Positions 29,354-39,418 of a stretch of DNA of 64,000 nucleotides are shown piece by piece. Numbering within the stretch: position 1 is the first letter of the stretch; every line of letters starts with the position of its first letter. Source of the DNA: Gammaproteobacteria bacterium (GTDB taxonomy: Bacteria > Pseudomonadota > Gammaproteobacteria > Arenicellales > Poriferihabitantaceae); NCBI GenBank assembly GCA_022822625.1, contig JAJEAV010000026.1, positions 17,138-81,137 on the forward strand, written 5' to 3'. The position numbers and the translations under genes are program-made. The notes beneath the pieces are model-generated. The model was not told the DNA's origin. It made no database searches and saw only the letters and a list, made by a program, of their open reading frames with translations.

Positions 29354-30589
29354 ATGATTCGCAGTTTCACTTTGAATAAAACTTCCCTCAATCGGAGTAT
29401 CGGTTGTCGGGCATTATTGGTAGCCCTGCTTCTGGCATTTTGTGGGAGCTACTCAGGTTTGGTGAATGCCGAGTTGAAGCCTATTCCTCAGGTTATTCGA
29501 TCAAACCATGATTTTCCGAAAGTCAAGGCGACCTCATGGATTCTCGCTGACTACCACACAGGGTGGATATTGGGAGGAGAAAATATTGATGATCGGATAG
29601 AGCCGGCCAGTTTAACCAAATTGATGACCAGCTATTTGATCTTTGATGCGATCAAAACAGGGAAACTGAATGAACATGACATGGTTTTCATCAGTAACAG
29701 GGCTTACAAGGCAGTCGGTTCAAGAATGTACGTTGAGGAAAATTCCCAGGTTTCCGTAATTGACTTACTGAATGGGCTGATCATTCAGTCCGGGAATGAC
29801 GCCGCAATAGCTCTCGCTGAACATTACGGCGGTTCCGAGGAATCATTTGCAAAGATCATGAATCAAACAGCGGCCGAATTAGGCATGATCAATACCCGCT
29901 TTACCAATAGTAGCGGCTTGCCGGATTCTGGACATTACAGCACACTCCGAGATATTACCCTGCTTTCAATGTCCTTGATTCGAAATTTTCCTGATTACTT
30001 CAAGTTGTACTCAGAACTTGAATTCACTTACAACAATATCACTCAGCAAAACCGAAACATACTGCTAACCCGGGATAGTCGTGTTGACGGGCTGAAAACC
30101 GGGTATACCAAAATAGCAGGATATTGCTTGATTGCCACTGCCAATCAGGAGGGATTCAGATTGATCGCCGGTGTCTTGGGAGCAAACAGTAAGATGAAGC
30201 GTGCTGAACAAGCGCACGGACTGATTCGTTATGGGTATTATGCATATGATTCGATTGACCTGTTGAAGAAAAATGCCCACGTTGTAGCTGTGCCTATGCT
30301 GATGGGTAAGGAAGACGAGTTTTCGGTTGGTTCTGATAAAGAGATTCGGCTGCCTTATCCCAAAGAGACAAAGCAAAAGCTATCGGCAAGTTTCGAGTTG
30401 CCTGAGGAAATGGATGCCCCATTATCCAATGGACAACAAGTAGGATTCATTCAGATTAAATATGACAAGCAACCGGTACTACGCTCATCGCTGCATGTAA
30501 TTGGAGATTATCCTGAAGGGCCATGGTATAAAAAAACATACGATCTGGCGAAGCACGTGATTCTTGGATGGTTCGATTCACCGGACTAG
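29354..30589 (+). CDS. D-alanyl-D-alanine carboxypeptidase (PBP5/6, DacA/DacC family)
   Basis: PASLTK (SxxK), SGN and KTG motifs; start at ATG 29354 inferred from the signal peptide position. Confidence 0.93.
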   Translation: MIRSFTLNKTSLNRSIGCRALLVALLLAFCGSYSGLVNAELKPIPQVIRSNHDFPKVKATSWILADYHTGWILGGENIDDRIEPASLTKLMTSYLIFDAIKTGKLNEHDMVFISNRAYKAVGSRMYVEENSQVSVIDLLNGLIIQSGNDAAIALAEHYGGSEESFAKIMNQTAAELGMINTRFTNSSGLPDSGHYSTLRDITLLSMSLIRNFPDYFKLYSELEFTYNNITQQNRNILLTRDSRVDGLKTGYTKIAGYCLIATANQEGFRLIAGVLGANSKMKRAEQAHGLIRYGYYAYDSIDLLKKNAHVVAVPMLMGKEDEFSVGSDKEIRLPYPKETKQKLSASFELPEEMDAPLSNGQQVGFIQIKYDKQPVLRSSLHVIGDYPEGPWYKKTYDLAKHVILGWFDSPD

Positions 30590-31027
30590 TGCATCCCAGG
30601 CCGGGTAAACCTGCCGGACTAGAAAAAGAATAGGCCGGGGCAAGGAGAGTTTCCCGAAAACATCAGGGCCAATCATTCCCAAAGATCTTCACAAGCAGCA
30701 GTCAATTCATGGAAAAACCATTCCTGCGATTTGGGAAGAAGTTGGGGAGTGGCTAGTAAGTTAATAGATTCATCGAAGCTGATGGCGGAACCCGAAGGTA
30801 AGTTACTGATGGAGTGGAATCCAGACGGACTGTGATGTATGGCCTTTGCTGTTCATGCCATGTACCGTTTCAGGCAGAAAGGTTGAGCATGAAATGGATA
30901 TATTTTACATATAATCATGAATATAACTGAATATTATCGAAACTTGTTGAAAGTCGTATCCCGTCAAAGGCAATGCAGGTGAGGGATACTTGATTTGAAT
31001 TACTGGTCTATCGTTTAAGGTGGCGGG

Positions 31028-31348
31028 TTGACTTCAACTCCGGACAACGGGAATCATTCATCGCAAAAGCCCTGCGGCAAGAGTATTCGATTCCAAGGCG
31101 AACCTGAATTTCCACATATCGTCGAGATAAAGATATTTCTCAAGGCTGCAGAGGATGGAGAAATGCAGGTAAGGTCTTTGCCATGCGAAAAATATCCGGA
31201 AGAAGGAATCATGTCGATCACCTACCGGCCCAGTAAAAAGGGCAACTATCATTCATTCAATTACCGGCTATGTATAGCAGGCGAGACCGAGCTCGTTGAA
31301 CTGTACGATCATCTGGGTGCACGGGAGCAGGTGCTCTACCTATTGTAG
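31028..31348 (+). CDS. ybeD: YbeD-like protein (DUF493), divergent
   Basis: EFP..IK, RPSKKGNYHS and LY..L....V.YLL pattern; position between dac and lipB. Confidence 0.75.
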   Translation: MTSTPDNGNHSSQKPCGKSIRFQGEPEFPHIVEIKIFLKAAEDGEMQVRSLPCEKYPEEGIMSITYRPSKKGNYHSFNYRLCIAGETELVELYDHLGAREQVLYLL

Positions 31349-31356
31349 TTTCTCCA

Positions 31357-31977
31357 ATGACAGTGAATCAGCCATTGATTATCAGGTATCTGGGGTCTGT
31401 TGATTACCTGCAGGCCGAGCGTGCAATGAAGCGGTTTACCCAAAAGCGGACGATGGAAATTACGGATGAAGTGTGGCTGCTTCAACACAACCCGGTATAT
31501 ACCACAGGAGTCCGGGATGTCGCTGAACCAAGACGGGATGCGGAATCTATCCCGATCATGAAAACGGATCGTGGTGGAGAAATGACCTATCACGGTCCAG
31601 GACAGTTAATAGCCTATTTTCTCCTGAACATCCGCAAGCGTCGTTTGGGGCCGAGATTGCTGGTAAATCAGCTGGAAGAACTGACGATTGATTTTCTTGC
31701 CAGTTATGGAGTTACCGCCAATCGTAGGGAAGGAGCGCCCGGAGTGTATGTTGACGGCAGGAAAATTGCCTCTCTGGGACTCCATACAACAGCAACCTAC
31801 TGTTATCACGGAATCAGTATCAACATCACAATGGATTTACGACCCTTTGAATATATCGAGGTTTGCGGTATTCCAGGCCTTGAAATGACTCAGTTATCGA
31901 ATCTTGTGGATGGGGTCACTATTGAAGACGCTTCGAATAGGCTTGAGAAATATATCCTCAAGCAGTTTTCAGGATAA
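31357..31977 (+). CDS. lipB: Lipoyl(octanoyl) transferase
   Basis: LQHNPVYTTG, DRGGEMTYHGPGQL, KIASLGL and YHGISIN. Confidence 0.95.
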   Translation: MTVNQPLIIRYLGSVDYLQAERAMKRFTQKRTMEITDEVWLLQHNPVYTTGVRDVAEPRRDAESIPIMKTDRGGEMTYHGPGQLIAYFLLNIRKRRLGPRLLVNQLEELTIDFLASYGVTANRREGAPGVYVDGRKIASLGLHTTATYCYHGISINITMDLRPFEYIEVCGIPGLEMTQLSNLVDGVTIEDASNRLEKYILKQFSG

Positions 31978-31982
31978 TCGGT

Positions 31983-32657
31983 TCATGTGAGTAAATTAGC
32001 CATTTCCCGTGCTTTTTCCAGCCGCTCGATATTCCCGACATCAACCCAGATTCCTTCATAGACTTCGCCAGAAACCCTGCCATCCTTGACTAGAGCACGA
32101 AGTACATCACCCAGATCAACCGATGTGTATTTCGAATCCCTGAACAGCTTGGTTCGGTATATTCCAATCCCGGAAAATGTGAGGCCAACCTTTCGCCCGA
32201 CACGAGGTGCCAGAACTCCATCGTGAAACAGAAAATCACCCTTTGAGCGATGAGTGGGATTGGGGACAAGAACCAGATGTGCGTCATAGCCATCACCCAG
32301 TTCCAGTGTTTGCGGGCGGCAGTTAGTAAACAGGTCTCCACTCATCACGAGTACGGTGTCGCTGGTGAATTTGTCGACACATTTTCGTATTCCTTCTGCC
32401 GTGCCTATAGGGCCTGATTCCTCAACGGATAAATCAATATCAAGTCCGTTATGACTGTTGTTTTTTACATATTCATCGATCTGTTCATGAAGATGCGAGA
32501 TGTTTATCACTACCTTTTCGAATCCCAGTTCGGTCAACATGGACAAGTGATAGTCAAGCATGCTGTGCCCACCAACTTTCAGCAAGGGTTTCGGGGTTTT
32601 TTCCGTCAAGGGAAGCATTCTCGTTCCTTGGCCCGCAGCAAGTATCATCGCATCCAT
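31983..32657 (-). CDS. murU: MurNAc alpha-1-phosphate uridylyltransferase-like nucleotidyltransferase
   Basis: AMILAAGQGTRMLPLT..TPKPL, AHLVLVPNP.H...GDF, TFSGIGIY and WVDVG; divergent from lptD as in the amgK-murU locus. Confidence 0.85.
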   Translation of the reverse strand: MDAMILAAGQGTRMLPLTEKTPKPLLKVGGHSMLDYHLSMLTELGFEKVVINISHLHEQIDEYVKNNSHNGLDIDLSVEESGPIGTAEGIRKCVDKFTSDTVLVMSGDLFTNCRPQTLELGDGYDAHLVLVPNPTHRSKGDFLFHDGVLAPRVGRKVGLTFSGIGIYRTKLFRDSKYTSVDLGDVLRALVKDGRVSGEVYEGIWVDVGNIERLEKAREMANLLT

Positions 32658-32870
32658 TGTGTTTCGTAAATTTCCGTAGATGTAGAATTGTCAAGGGATA
32701 GATTATATATCGGTCAATGAAGGATAGAGAATTTTTAATCATGTTCCAGGTTTTTCACTCAATCCCGAATCGCATGCAGAAAAACCACTCTCGGCATATA
32801 GATTGCCTTCAACGTGCAACATATAATGCAAGCCAATGCAATATGGATTGTGCCGGCCGTCATCAGTTCA

Positions 32871-35210
32871 ATGAATTCAATATTTTTTCGTGGGATATTT
32901 ATGGCGGCCATATCATTGGCCTGTATTCCAGCATTGCCATCGGACTTGAACATAGCACTTCCAGATGGTAGCTCCCATGGGGGACCATGGTCCTGCGATT
33001 TGCAAACGGCGGGCTTTAGTCCAGCCGTTTTACAAGACCTTGAAAGAATTTCCTTTGCACGTCGTTCAGTCGATCAATTTCACGGAAATGGGTCGGTTTC
33101 CATTGAGGCTGACAACATTCGATCTGACGGCAAGGGTAACTGGTTGATGATTGGTAATGTACATGCCAGAAATGCACAAGATGGCGTCTTTGCTGACCGA
33201 GCCGAATTTAATGAAGTCACACGCATTGCCCGGTTTTTTGGCAATGTACTGTTCTACACCAAGGATGGTCATCCCCTGTCTGCCGAAAACATGCAGATTG
33301 ATATTGACATGTTCAAGGGCGCAATGACGGATAATGCCCAGATTCACATTGTCGAGAAGACGCCATCAATCCCGAAGCAGGACCATTCAATTTCAGGATT
33401 CAGCAGTTCGTTGCTTTCCAGCAACCAGGATGATCAATCACGCCGGAGTCAATCGAACAGCAATTACCGGTTTTCGGCAAAGGCAGTCGCAGATACCATT
33501 GAAGTCAATGGCGAGAACCATCATGTCATCCATAATGCAACTATGACCACATGTCCTGGTGAGAATCCCGATGTGGAGTTCACGGCAAGTGAAGTAAGGC
33601 TTGATCATGAGCGCGGACAGGGCAGGGCAGAGAACCTGGTTGTCCGGTTCAGGAATGTGCCCATTTTCTTTTTCCCGAAAGTGTTCTTCCCGATAACCAA
33701 CGAACGGATGACCGGGTTTTTGTTTCCCCGAGCGGGGTACCAGGGACGATCCGGTCTTATTCTGTCTTTCCCGTATTATCTGAATCTACACCCTCAGTAC
33801 GACATGACAGTCACACCGAGCGTCATCAGTAAACGTGGACTGCAAATACATGGCGAAACCCGTTATGTCACCAAAAATTCCAAAGGGGTTTTTCTGGGCG
33901 AGATCCTGCCTGATGATGATATTTACAAGGACGATCGTTATGCACTTTCATATCGTCACCAGCAATCGTATTCTGACAGCGTCAGGTTGGCAGTTGATTT
34001 GGAGAAGGTTTCCGATTCGGAATATCGATCCGATTTTGCTGACAATATTGATTCAAGGGCTTCGGTTTTTTTGAGGCAAAGAGTCAGCCTTGCTTTCAAT
34101 AATCAATATATACGGGTGAACACCAGAGCGATGCGGCATGAAGTTATCAGTAGTCATTTCCGGGAGAGTGCCCAGCCATATGACTTGCTTCCCGAATTCC
34201 GGCTACAGCTCCAAAACCAGGATATTTCGATTTTCGAGTTCGGTGCCAGGACAGAATTGACGCGCTATCGTCATGCAGTAAACTCAATCGATGGGTCCCG
34301 CTTCCGATTCATTCCGCATTTATCTCTGCCGATCAGGAAGGTCTACGGATTCCTGGAGCCAAAATTCGCACTGCACTCGATACGTTACGAGTTAAGAGAC
34401 ACAAATAGGGACAGGTATCGGGTCCATGAAAGCATCCCGGTCTGGAGTATCGACTCTGGGCTATATTTTGAAAGGAATATCACTCTTGGCGGGAAAGAGC
34501 ATTTGCAAACCCTTGAACCCCGATTGTTTTACCTGAATATTCCTGCAATAGACAAACAAGATGAGTTTCCGAAATTTGATAGTGGTATTGGCAATGGCAA
34601 TACCTTCCATCACTACTTCAGGGAAAACCGGTTTTTTGGAGGTGACAGGGTAGGGGATACTCGTCAAGTTACAGCGGGGTTGACGAGCCGTTTCATCGAC
34701 CAGGGTTCTGGAAGTCAAACAGGGAAAATTAGTGTAGGACAGGTTTACTATTTCAAGGACCGTAAAATTGGCGAGAGTGCAAAGACGCCGACCGAGAAAA
34801 ATGATTCTTCAGATTTGCTGTTAGAATTTGATGGTGCCCTGAATAAAAAATGGGGTATTAGTGGCTTTACTAGCTGGTCTGATAAACTGGGGAAATTCTC
34901 ATATATTTCATTACTGTCAAGATATGAGGTCAGTAACAGAACCAGTAGTGAAGCAGGTTATATTCGGGATTCAGATCAGAGAGAATATCTCAAGCTTGAT
35001 CATAATTCGAAATTTTCCAGCAATTGGCTGTATCGAATCAGAACGCATTACTCGATTCCTGATGATCGACTTCAATTTGCGGAAATCAGCGGCACATACC
35101 TGAATTGCTGTTGGTCATTTGGGGTAAATTTTCAACGTTATCAAAACGACAGAAAAATGGATAATCGGGTTATGATTTCATTTGGCCTCAAAGGTCTCGG
35201 TGGAAATTAG
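32871..35210 (+). CDS. lptD: LPS assembly outer-membrane protein LptD (start uncertain)
   Basis: TTCP, ERMTGFLFP, PYYLNL.P.YD, QTLEPRLFYL, FRENRF.GGDRVGD and C-terminal NCCW...LKGLG; upstream of surA. Confidence 0.93.
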   Translation: MNSIFFRGIFMAAISLACIPALPSDLNIALPDGSSHGGPWSCDLQTAGFSPAVLQDLERISFARRSVDQFHGNGSVSIEADNIRSDGKGNWLMIGNVHARNAQDGVFADRAEFNEVTRIARFFGNVLFYTKDGHPLSAENMQIDIDMFKGAMTDNAQIHIVEKTPSIPKQDHSISGFSSSLLSSNQDDQSRRSQSNSNYRFSAKAVADTIEVNGENHHVIHNATMTTCPGENPDVEFTASEVRLDHERGQGRAENLVVRFRNVPIFFFPKVFFPITNERMTGFLFPRAGYQGRSGLILSFPYYLNLHPQYDMTVTPSVISKRGLQIHGETRYVTKNSKGVFLGEILPDDDIYKDDRYALSYRHQQSYSDSVRLAVDLEKVSDSEYRSDFADNIDSRASVFLRQRVSLAFNNQYIRVNTRAMRHEVISSHFRESAQPYDLLPEFRLQLQNQDISIFEFGARTELTRYRHAVNSIDGSRFRFIPHLSLPIRKVYGFLEPKFALHSIRYELRDTNRDRYRVHESIPVWSIDSGLYFERNITLGGKEHLQTLEPRLFYLNIPAIDKQDEFPKFDSGIGNGNTFHHYFRENRFFGGDRVGDTRQVTAGLTSRFIDQGSGSQTGKISVGQVYYFKDRKIGESAKTPTEKNDSSDLLLEFDGALNKKWGISGFTSWSDKLGKFSYISLLSRYEVSNRTSSEAGYIRDSDQREYLKLDHNSKFSSNWLYRIRTHYSIPDDRLQFAEISGTYLNCCWSFGVNFQRYQNDRKMDNRVMISFGLKGLGGN

Positions 35211-35243
35211 GGTGGAAACCAAAAAAACGGAATATACGGTCAT

Positions 35244-36521
35244 ATGCGAAAACTAGTTGTCTGCATAATCTGTATTCTCAGCAGTTGCTGGATTACGGTT
35301 ACTGCATTGAGTTCCAGTCTGGACAGAGTGATTGCCATCGTCAATGACGACGCAATTACGTTCTCGGATTATGTATCCTATTTCAATCTTAAACAGCTTG
35401 AAACTGGCGAGACAGTCATTTCAGGAGGACAACTTCCCATGATTGACGAGAACCAACTCGAATCACTCGTTGATCAAAAGCTTCAGATTCAGGAGGCTTT
35501 GCGAAGGGGACTTAGCGTGTCTGAAAGCGAGTTGGAAATTGCGATAGGAAACATAAGTCGACAAAACGAGGTTACTGAGGAGCAGTTGCTGAAAAGATTG
35601 ACCGAGAACAACATAACGGAAGCAGAATTCAGGCGATCAATGAGCGAGCAAATTCTTATCCAGAAGGTTGTAAACGGTCAGGTTGCCCGATTCGTTCGGG
35701 TTAATGACCAGGAAATAGATCAGCTTGTAAAATCCTACCCTGACTTATTTGAAGTGAATGCGTCCTATGAATTATCCCACTTGCGGATTGCCATTGGGGA
35801 TTTGGATGCCGAGCAGACCAGTGTCCGGCGAGAATACCTTGATTTGGTCAGGGACAGGATATTGGCGGGACAGAAACTGGAGGATGCAATGTCTACGCTG
35901 AACCTTGATGATCTGGACTTTGATTATCTGGGGTGGAGGAACCAGTCCCTGATTCCGGATCAGATTGTTGCTGAAATAGTAAGGGCTGGGGCTGAACCCG
36001 TCACCAGTGTTATGGAGATATCGAATACCCTGCATTTGTTCCTGATTCACGCAAGAAGGGGCCATGAAATAGTCGTGACCCAAAAGCAAATACGGCAGAT
36101 TCTGATTGATCCGAATCGAAAGTCCATCACCAAAGCCGAGGCACTGGAGCTTGCCCGGGAAATTCGTTCAAAAATTCAGTCCGGAGAAGATTTTGCTGGC
36201 CTCGCACGGAAGTTTTCGGATGACCTTAATTCTTCAGCCAATGGAGGGGATGTAGGCTGGGTAAATCCAGACGACTTGGGATCTGAGCTTGCACAGGTTG
36301 TATCAAACCTGGGGGTTAATGAACTGAGTGAGCCGGTTTCTACCTTATTTGGGTATTTTCTGGTGGAAGTACTGGAAACAAGGGATCAGAATATACTTCA
36401 AGATGTCATTCGATCTCGGGCACGTGATATGATATTCGAGAGGAAAGTCAATTCACGGTTTAATTCGTGGATATCCAGAATCAGGGGTGAATCCTATATT
36501 GAGTTTGTAGGGGTGAACTGA
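35244..36521 (+). CDS. surA: Periplasmic chaperone/PPIase SurA
   Basis: LDRVIAIVND, parvulin motif F..LARKFSDD..S..NGGDVGW and C-terminal W...IR..SYIE. Confidence 0.9.
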   Translation: MRKLVVCIICILSSCWITVTALSSSLDRVIAIVNDDAITFSDYVSYFNLKQLETGETVISGGQLPMIDENQLESLVDQKLQIQEALRRGLSVSESELEIAIGNISRQNEVTEEQLLKRLTENNITEAEFRRSMSEQILIQKVVNGQVARFVRVNDQEIDQLVKSYPDLFEVNASYELSHLRIAIGDLDAEQTSVRREYLDLVRDRILAGQKLEDAMSTLNLDDLDFDYLGWRNQSLIPDQIVAEIVRAGAEPVTSVMEISNTLHLFLIHARRGHEIVVTQKQIRQILIDPNRKSITKAEALELAREIRSKIQSGEDFAGLARKFSDDLNSSANGGDVGWVNPDDLGSELAQVVSNLGVNELSEPVSTLFGYFLVEVLETRDQNILQDVIRSRARDMIFERKVNSRFNSWISRIRGESYIEFVGVN

Positions 36522-36802
36522 TGTCTATTCAGGATAGAATTTCCAGAATAGCACGTGGCATTGAAGAATCTCTGCCGACAGGACTGGCAAAAGATTTCAA
36601 GTCAAATATTGAGGCAGTAGTTCGCAGTAATCTGGAGGGGCTGGATTTGGTCACGGTAGAGCAGCTTACGGTACAAAAACGAATCCTGGAACGTGCAGTC
36701 AAACGAATTGATGAGCTCGAGGGGCGAATTGCAGAGCTGGAATCTGGGGTTTGCTCAAATGATTCCATGAGTGGATCGAACAAGTCATCCGGAGCGAGTT
36801 GA
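36521..36802 (+). CDS. ubiK: Accessory factor UbiK (YqiC/BMFP family)
   Basis: LDLVT.E....QK.IL followed by a coiled-coil LEGRIAELE. Confidence 0.8.
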   Translation: MSIQDRISRIARGIEESLPTGLAKDFKSNIEAVVRSNLEGLDLVTVEQLTVQKRILERAVKRIDELEGRIAELESGVCSNDSMSGSNKSSGAS

Positions 36803-36824
36803 ATTTCGATCAAATGTTACTATC

Positions 36825-37286
36825 TCAATAGATGCCGGCTTCGAGCCCGGCCGACATGATGGTCCCAAGTTCAGTACATTGGCTAACAAACTCATCACGA
36901 AAATCCCCCTTAAGTACAAGAGGGGGTTGAATAAGCTTCCATTTGAGTCCCGACAAGATTCGTTCAACACTGGTTTTTGCACCTTGACCGTCCAGTCCTC
37001 CCTTTATATAGAGAGCAACCGGCTTACTTTCGGTTTCAGTGAGACATGGATAATAGATTCTTTCAAGAAAATCCTTGATTGCTCCGCTCATGTATCCAAA
37101 ATTCTCGGTAGTTCCGATAATCACACCATCACACCATAGAACATCGTGATGATCTGCATGCCATGGTTCCCTGCATCGGGTTTCGATATTTTCAAGACTT
37201 TCGTGCTGACAACCTTCGTGGACCGCCTGTTGCAGGCGGCGCGTATTCGGGGAAGGGCAGTTTGCAACAATCAGTACCTTGGGCAT
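36825..37286 (-). CDS. Flavodoxin-like NAD(P)H-dependent oxidoreductase
   Basis: PSPNT, GTTENFGYMSGAIKDF and GGLDG.G. Confidence 0.8.
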   Translation of the reverse strand: MPKVLIVANCPSPNTRRLQQAVHEGCQHESLENIETRCREPWHADHHDVLWCDGVIIGTTENFGYMSGAIKDFLERIYYPCLTETESKPVALYIKGGLDGQGAKTSVERILSGLKWKLIQPPLVLKGDFRDEFVSQCTELGTIMSAGLEAGIY

Positions 37287-37580
37287 GACAGATTTTGACA
37301 GGTAGGGAAAAGGCCAGCAGGACCGTGAACGATATCAGGCGGATAAGTTTTATTGCTCAATGAATCACCGGCATCGCCAGTAAACAGATGGTCAGCATGG
37401 TAATTTACCATGACTTCAGGTCAGTAATCCGACAGAATCAGGAAAACCGAGACAATCTTATCGATACATTTTCTTTTTAATAGTAAAAAATTAACAATAA
37501 GATAAAACATATTTTTAATAAAGTATATTATATATAAATTAATATTTATAAAGGGCGTTGATCCGGTTCCTTGATGTTGA

Positions 37581-38594
37581 TTGACACGGATGCAAACTAT
37601 CGGACAACTTGTTTTACGTAATAAAGGATTATTCTTTCCCGACTCCATTCAATTGAAACCAAAGACAGGCAGAATATGGGTGGTATTGGCCGCTATTATT
37701 GCCAATGCCCTGATTGCTGTAACGAAGGCGGTCGCCTCGGCAGTAACTGGCAGTGCTGCCATGCTCAGCGAGGCCGTACACTCCATTGTTGACACCAGCA
37801 ATCAGATTTTGGTGCTCTGGGGTCTCAAGCGGTCTTCGCGTCCAGCTGATGACAAGCACCCGTTTGGGTATGGCATGGAGCTGTATTTCTGGACCTTTGT
37901 AGTGGCAATTTTGATATTTGCGATTGGCGCAGGTGTTTCATTGTATGCGGGAATCAGTAAGATCAGGGATCCGCATGAGCTTTCCGACTTGCATATTAAC
38001 TACTTTGTGTTGGGTTTTGCGCTGATTTTCGAGGCGAGTGCCTGGACTGTGGCTTTCCGGGAGTTTCGAAAAAAAAAGGGGAACATGGGCTATTTCAAGG
38101 CTTTCAAGTCAAGCAAGGACCCAGCGGTATTCACTGTCCTGTTTGAAGACAGCGCGGCGATTCTGGGGCTTGCTGCGGCGTTTATTGGGCTGTTGCTCAC
38201 TCAATTGACCGGAAACCCCATTTATGATGCCGCTGCATCAATTGCAATCGCAATAATCCTAGGTTGTGCCGCTGCATTGCTTGCATTTGAAACAAAGGGG
38301 TTGCTGATCGGAGAATCTGCGAGTTCCGAAGTCATCGCTGGCATACGAAAGCTGGTACTCAGAGAATCCAACATTCTCACAATCAATGAAATCTTGACCA
38401 TGCATCTAGGGCCGGAAGATATTCTTCTCAACATCAGCATTGACTTTCATGACACGATCAGTGCAGGCGCTGTAGAGAGAACCATATCGAGACTGGAGAA
38501 CCAGATAAAGGAAGAGTATCCCGAAGTTGCCAGGATTTTCATCGAGGCCCAGAACTGGCGAGCGCACGAAGAGAGTGCAAACGGCATAGAATGA
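37581..38594 (+). CDS. Cation diffusion facilitator (CDF) family transporter (start uncertain)
   Basis: SAAMLSEAVHSIVD, HPFGYG.E.YFW, FEDSAA and TMHLGP. Confidence 0.9.
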   Translation: MTRMQTIGQLVLRNKGLFFPDSIQLKPKTGRIWVVLAAIIANALIAVTKAVASAVTGSAAMLSEAVHSIVDTSNQILVLWGLKRSSRPADDKHPFGYGMELYFWTFVVAILIFAIGAGVSLYAGISKIRDPHELSDLHINYFVLGFALIFEASAWTVAFREFRKKKGNMGYFKAFKSSKDPAVFTVLFEDSAAILGLAAAFIGLLLTQLTGNPIYDAAASIAIAIILGCAAALLAFETKGLLIGESASSEVIAGIRKLVLRESNILTINEILTMHLGPEDILLNISIDFHDTISAGAVERTISRLENQIKEEYPEVARIFIEAQNWRAHEESANGIE

Positions 38595-38905
38595 CCGGCA
38601 AGCCTGCATCAGCCATTACTTCGCATAATGTATATTATGTAAAGTAATAAAATCATGTGGCCATGCTACGGTCTTTTTGATCAGGCATGGTCTGACGGCT
38701 ACTCCTGTTCTCTCCCGTTTCTTGCGCTTGGAGAACGTATTTTGCGGTGCATTCCATGACAGGGTGATATGACTTTTGTCATGTAAAGGGTCCTTCAATA
38801 ACTTCAGGTTGACAGAGAGATAGTGAAATACAAATTTAATCTGCCACAATCTGATTCGTGAATATAATGAAAATTCTGGCATCAAGTCTCTAGCACTGCT
38901 TCGCA

Positions 38906-39418
38906 TTGTTCAGTCCAATGAATTCATCTCATACCGATCCGCTGAATAAGTATCTGTATTCCAGTGCTTTTTATATTCAATCTGCGAATTGTTATCGCCT
39001 CATATTGGAGTGGATTGCCAGTGCAGACCCAGAGCAGCGAGATGCCCTTCTTGGTATGATTCAACATTCATGGCTTCAGACAACCATAAATGCCTACTCT
39101 TCTACCCTGTCACGGATGGGCTTGACCAATACCACTACAATGCAGGGCAACGATTTGATTAATTTGGTCAGATTGACACAGATACTGAACCGTATCGCAC
39201 CACAAATCATTGATGAAGTCGTTGATCGAGTATCCAAACACGTTGATGATACTTTGATGTTCCAGGACTTTTTTGATATCTGGATCAAGACCTGCATCAA
39301 GGCTCATGTCGAGCTGATCAATTCCGAGGAATTTGTTGACTGTATTTCAGACCTCATCAATCTATCAATAAAGACATCCGTCGAAACTATGAAGGTCGCG
39401 GAATCCAAGAATGGATGA
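38906..39418 (+). CDS. phaE: Short, divergent PhaE-like subunit of class III PHA synthase
   Basis: FQDFFDIWIKTC..AH.ELINSEEF...ISDLIN resembles the conserved PhaE box; overlaps the start of the class III phaC. Confidence 0.6.
   Translation: MFSPMNSSHTDPLNKYLYSSAFYIQSANCYRLILEWIASADPEQRDALLGMIQHSWLQTTINAYSSTLSRMGLTNTTTMQGNDLINLVRLTQILNRIAPQIIDEVVDRVSKHVDDTLMFQDFFDIWIKTCIKAHVELINSEEFVDCISDLINLSIKTSVETMKVAESKNG

Noticed and set aside
37460-37552. Very AT-rich tract with near-palindromes upstream of the CDF gene
   Set aside because: Dyads are expected by chance at this composition and no specific regulator motif could be supported.
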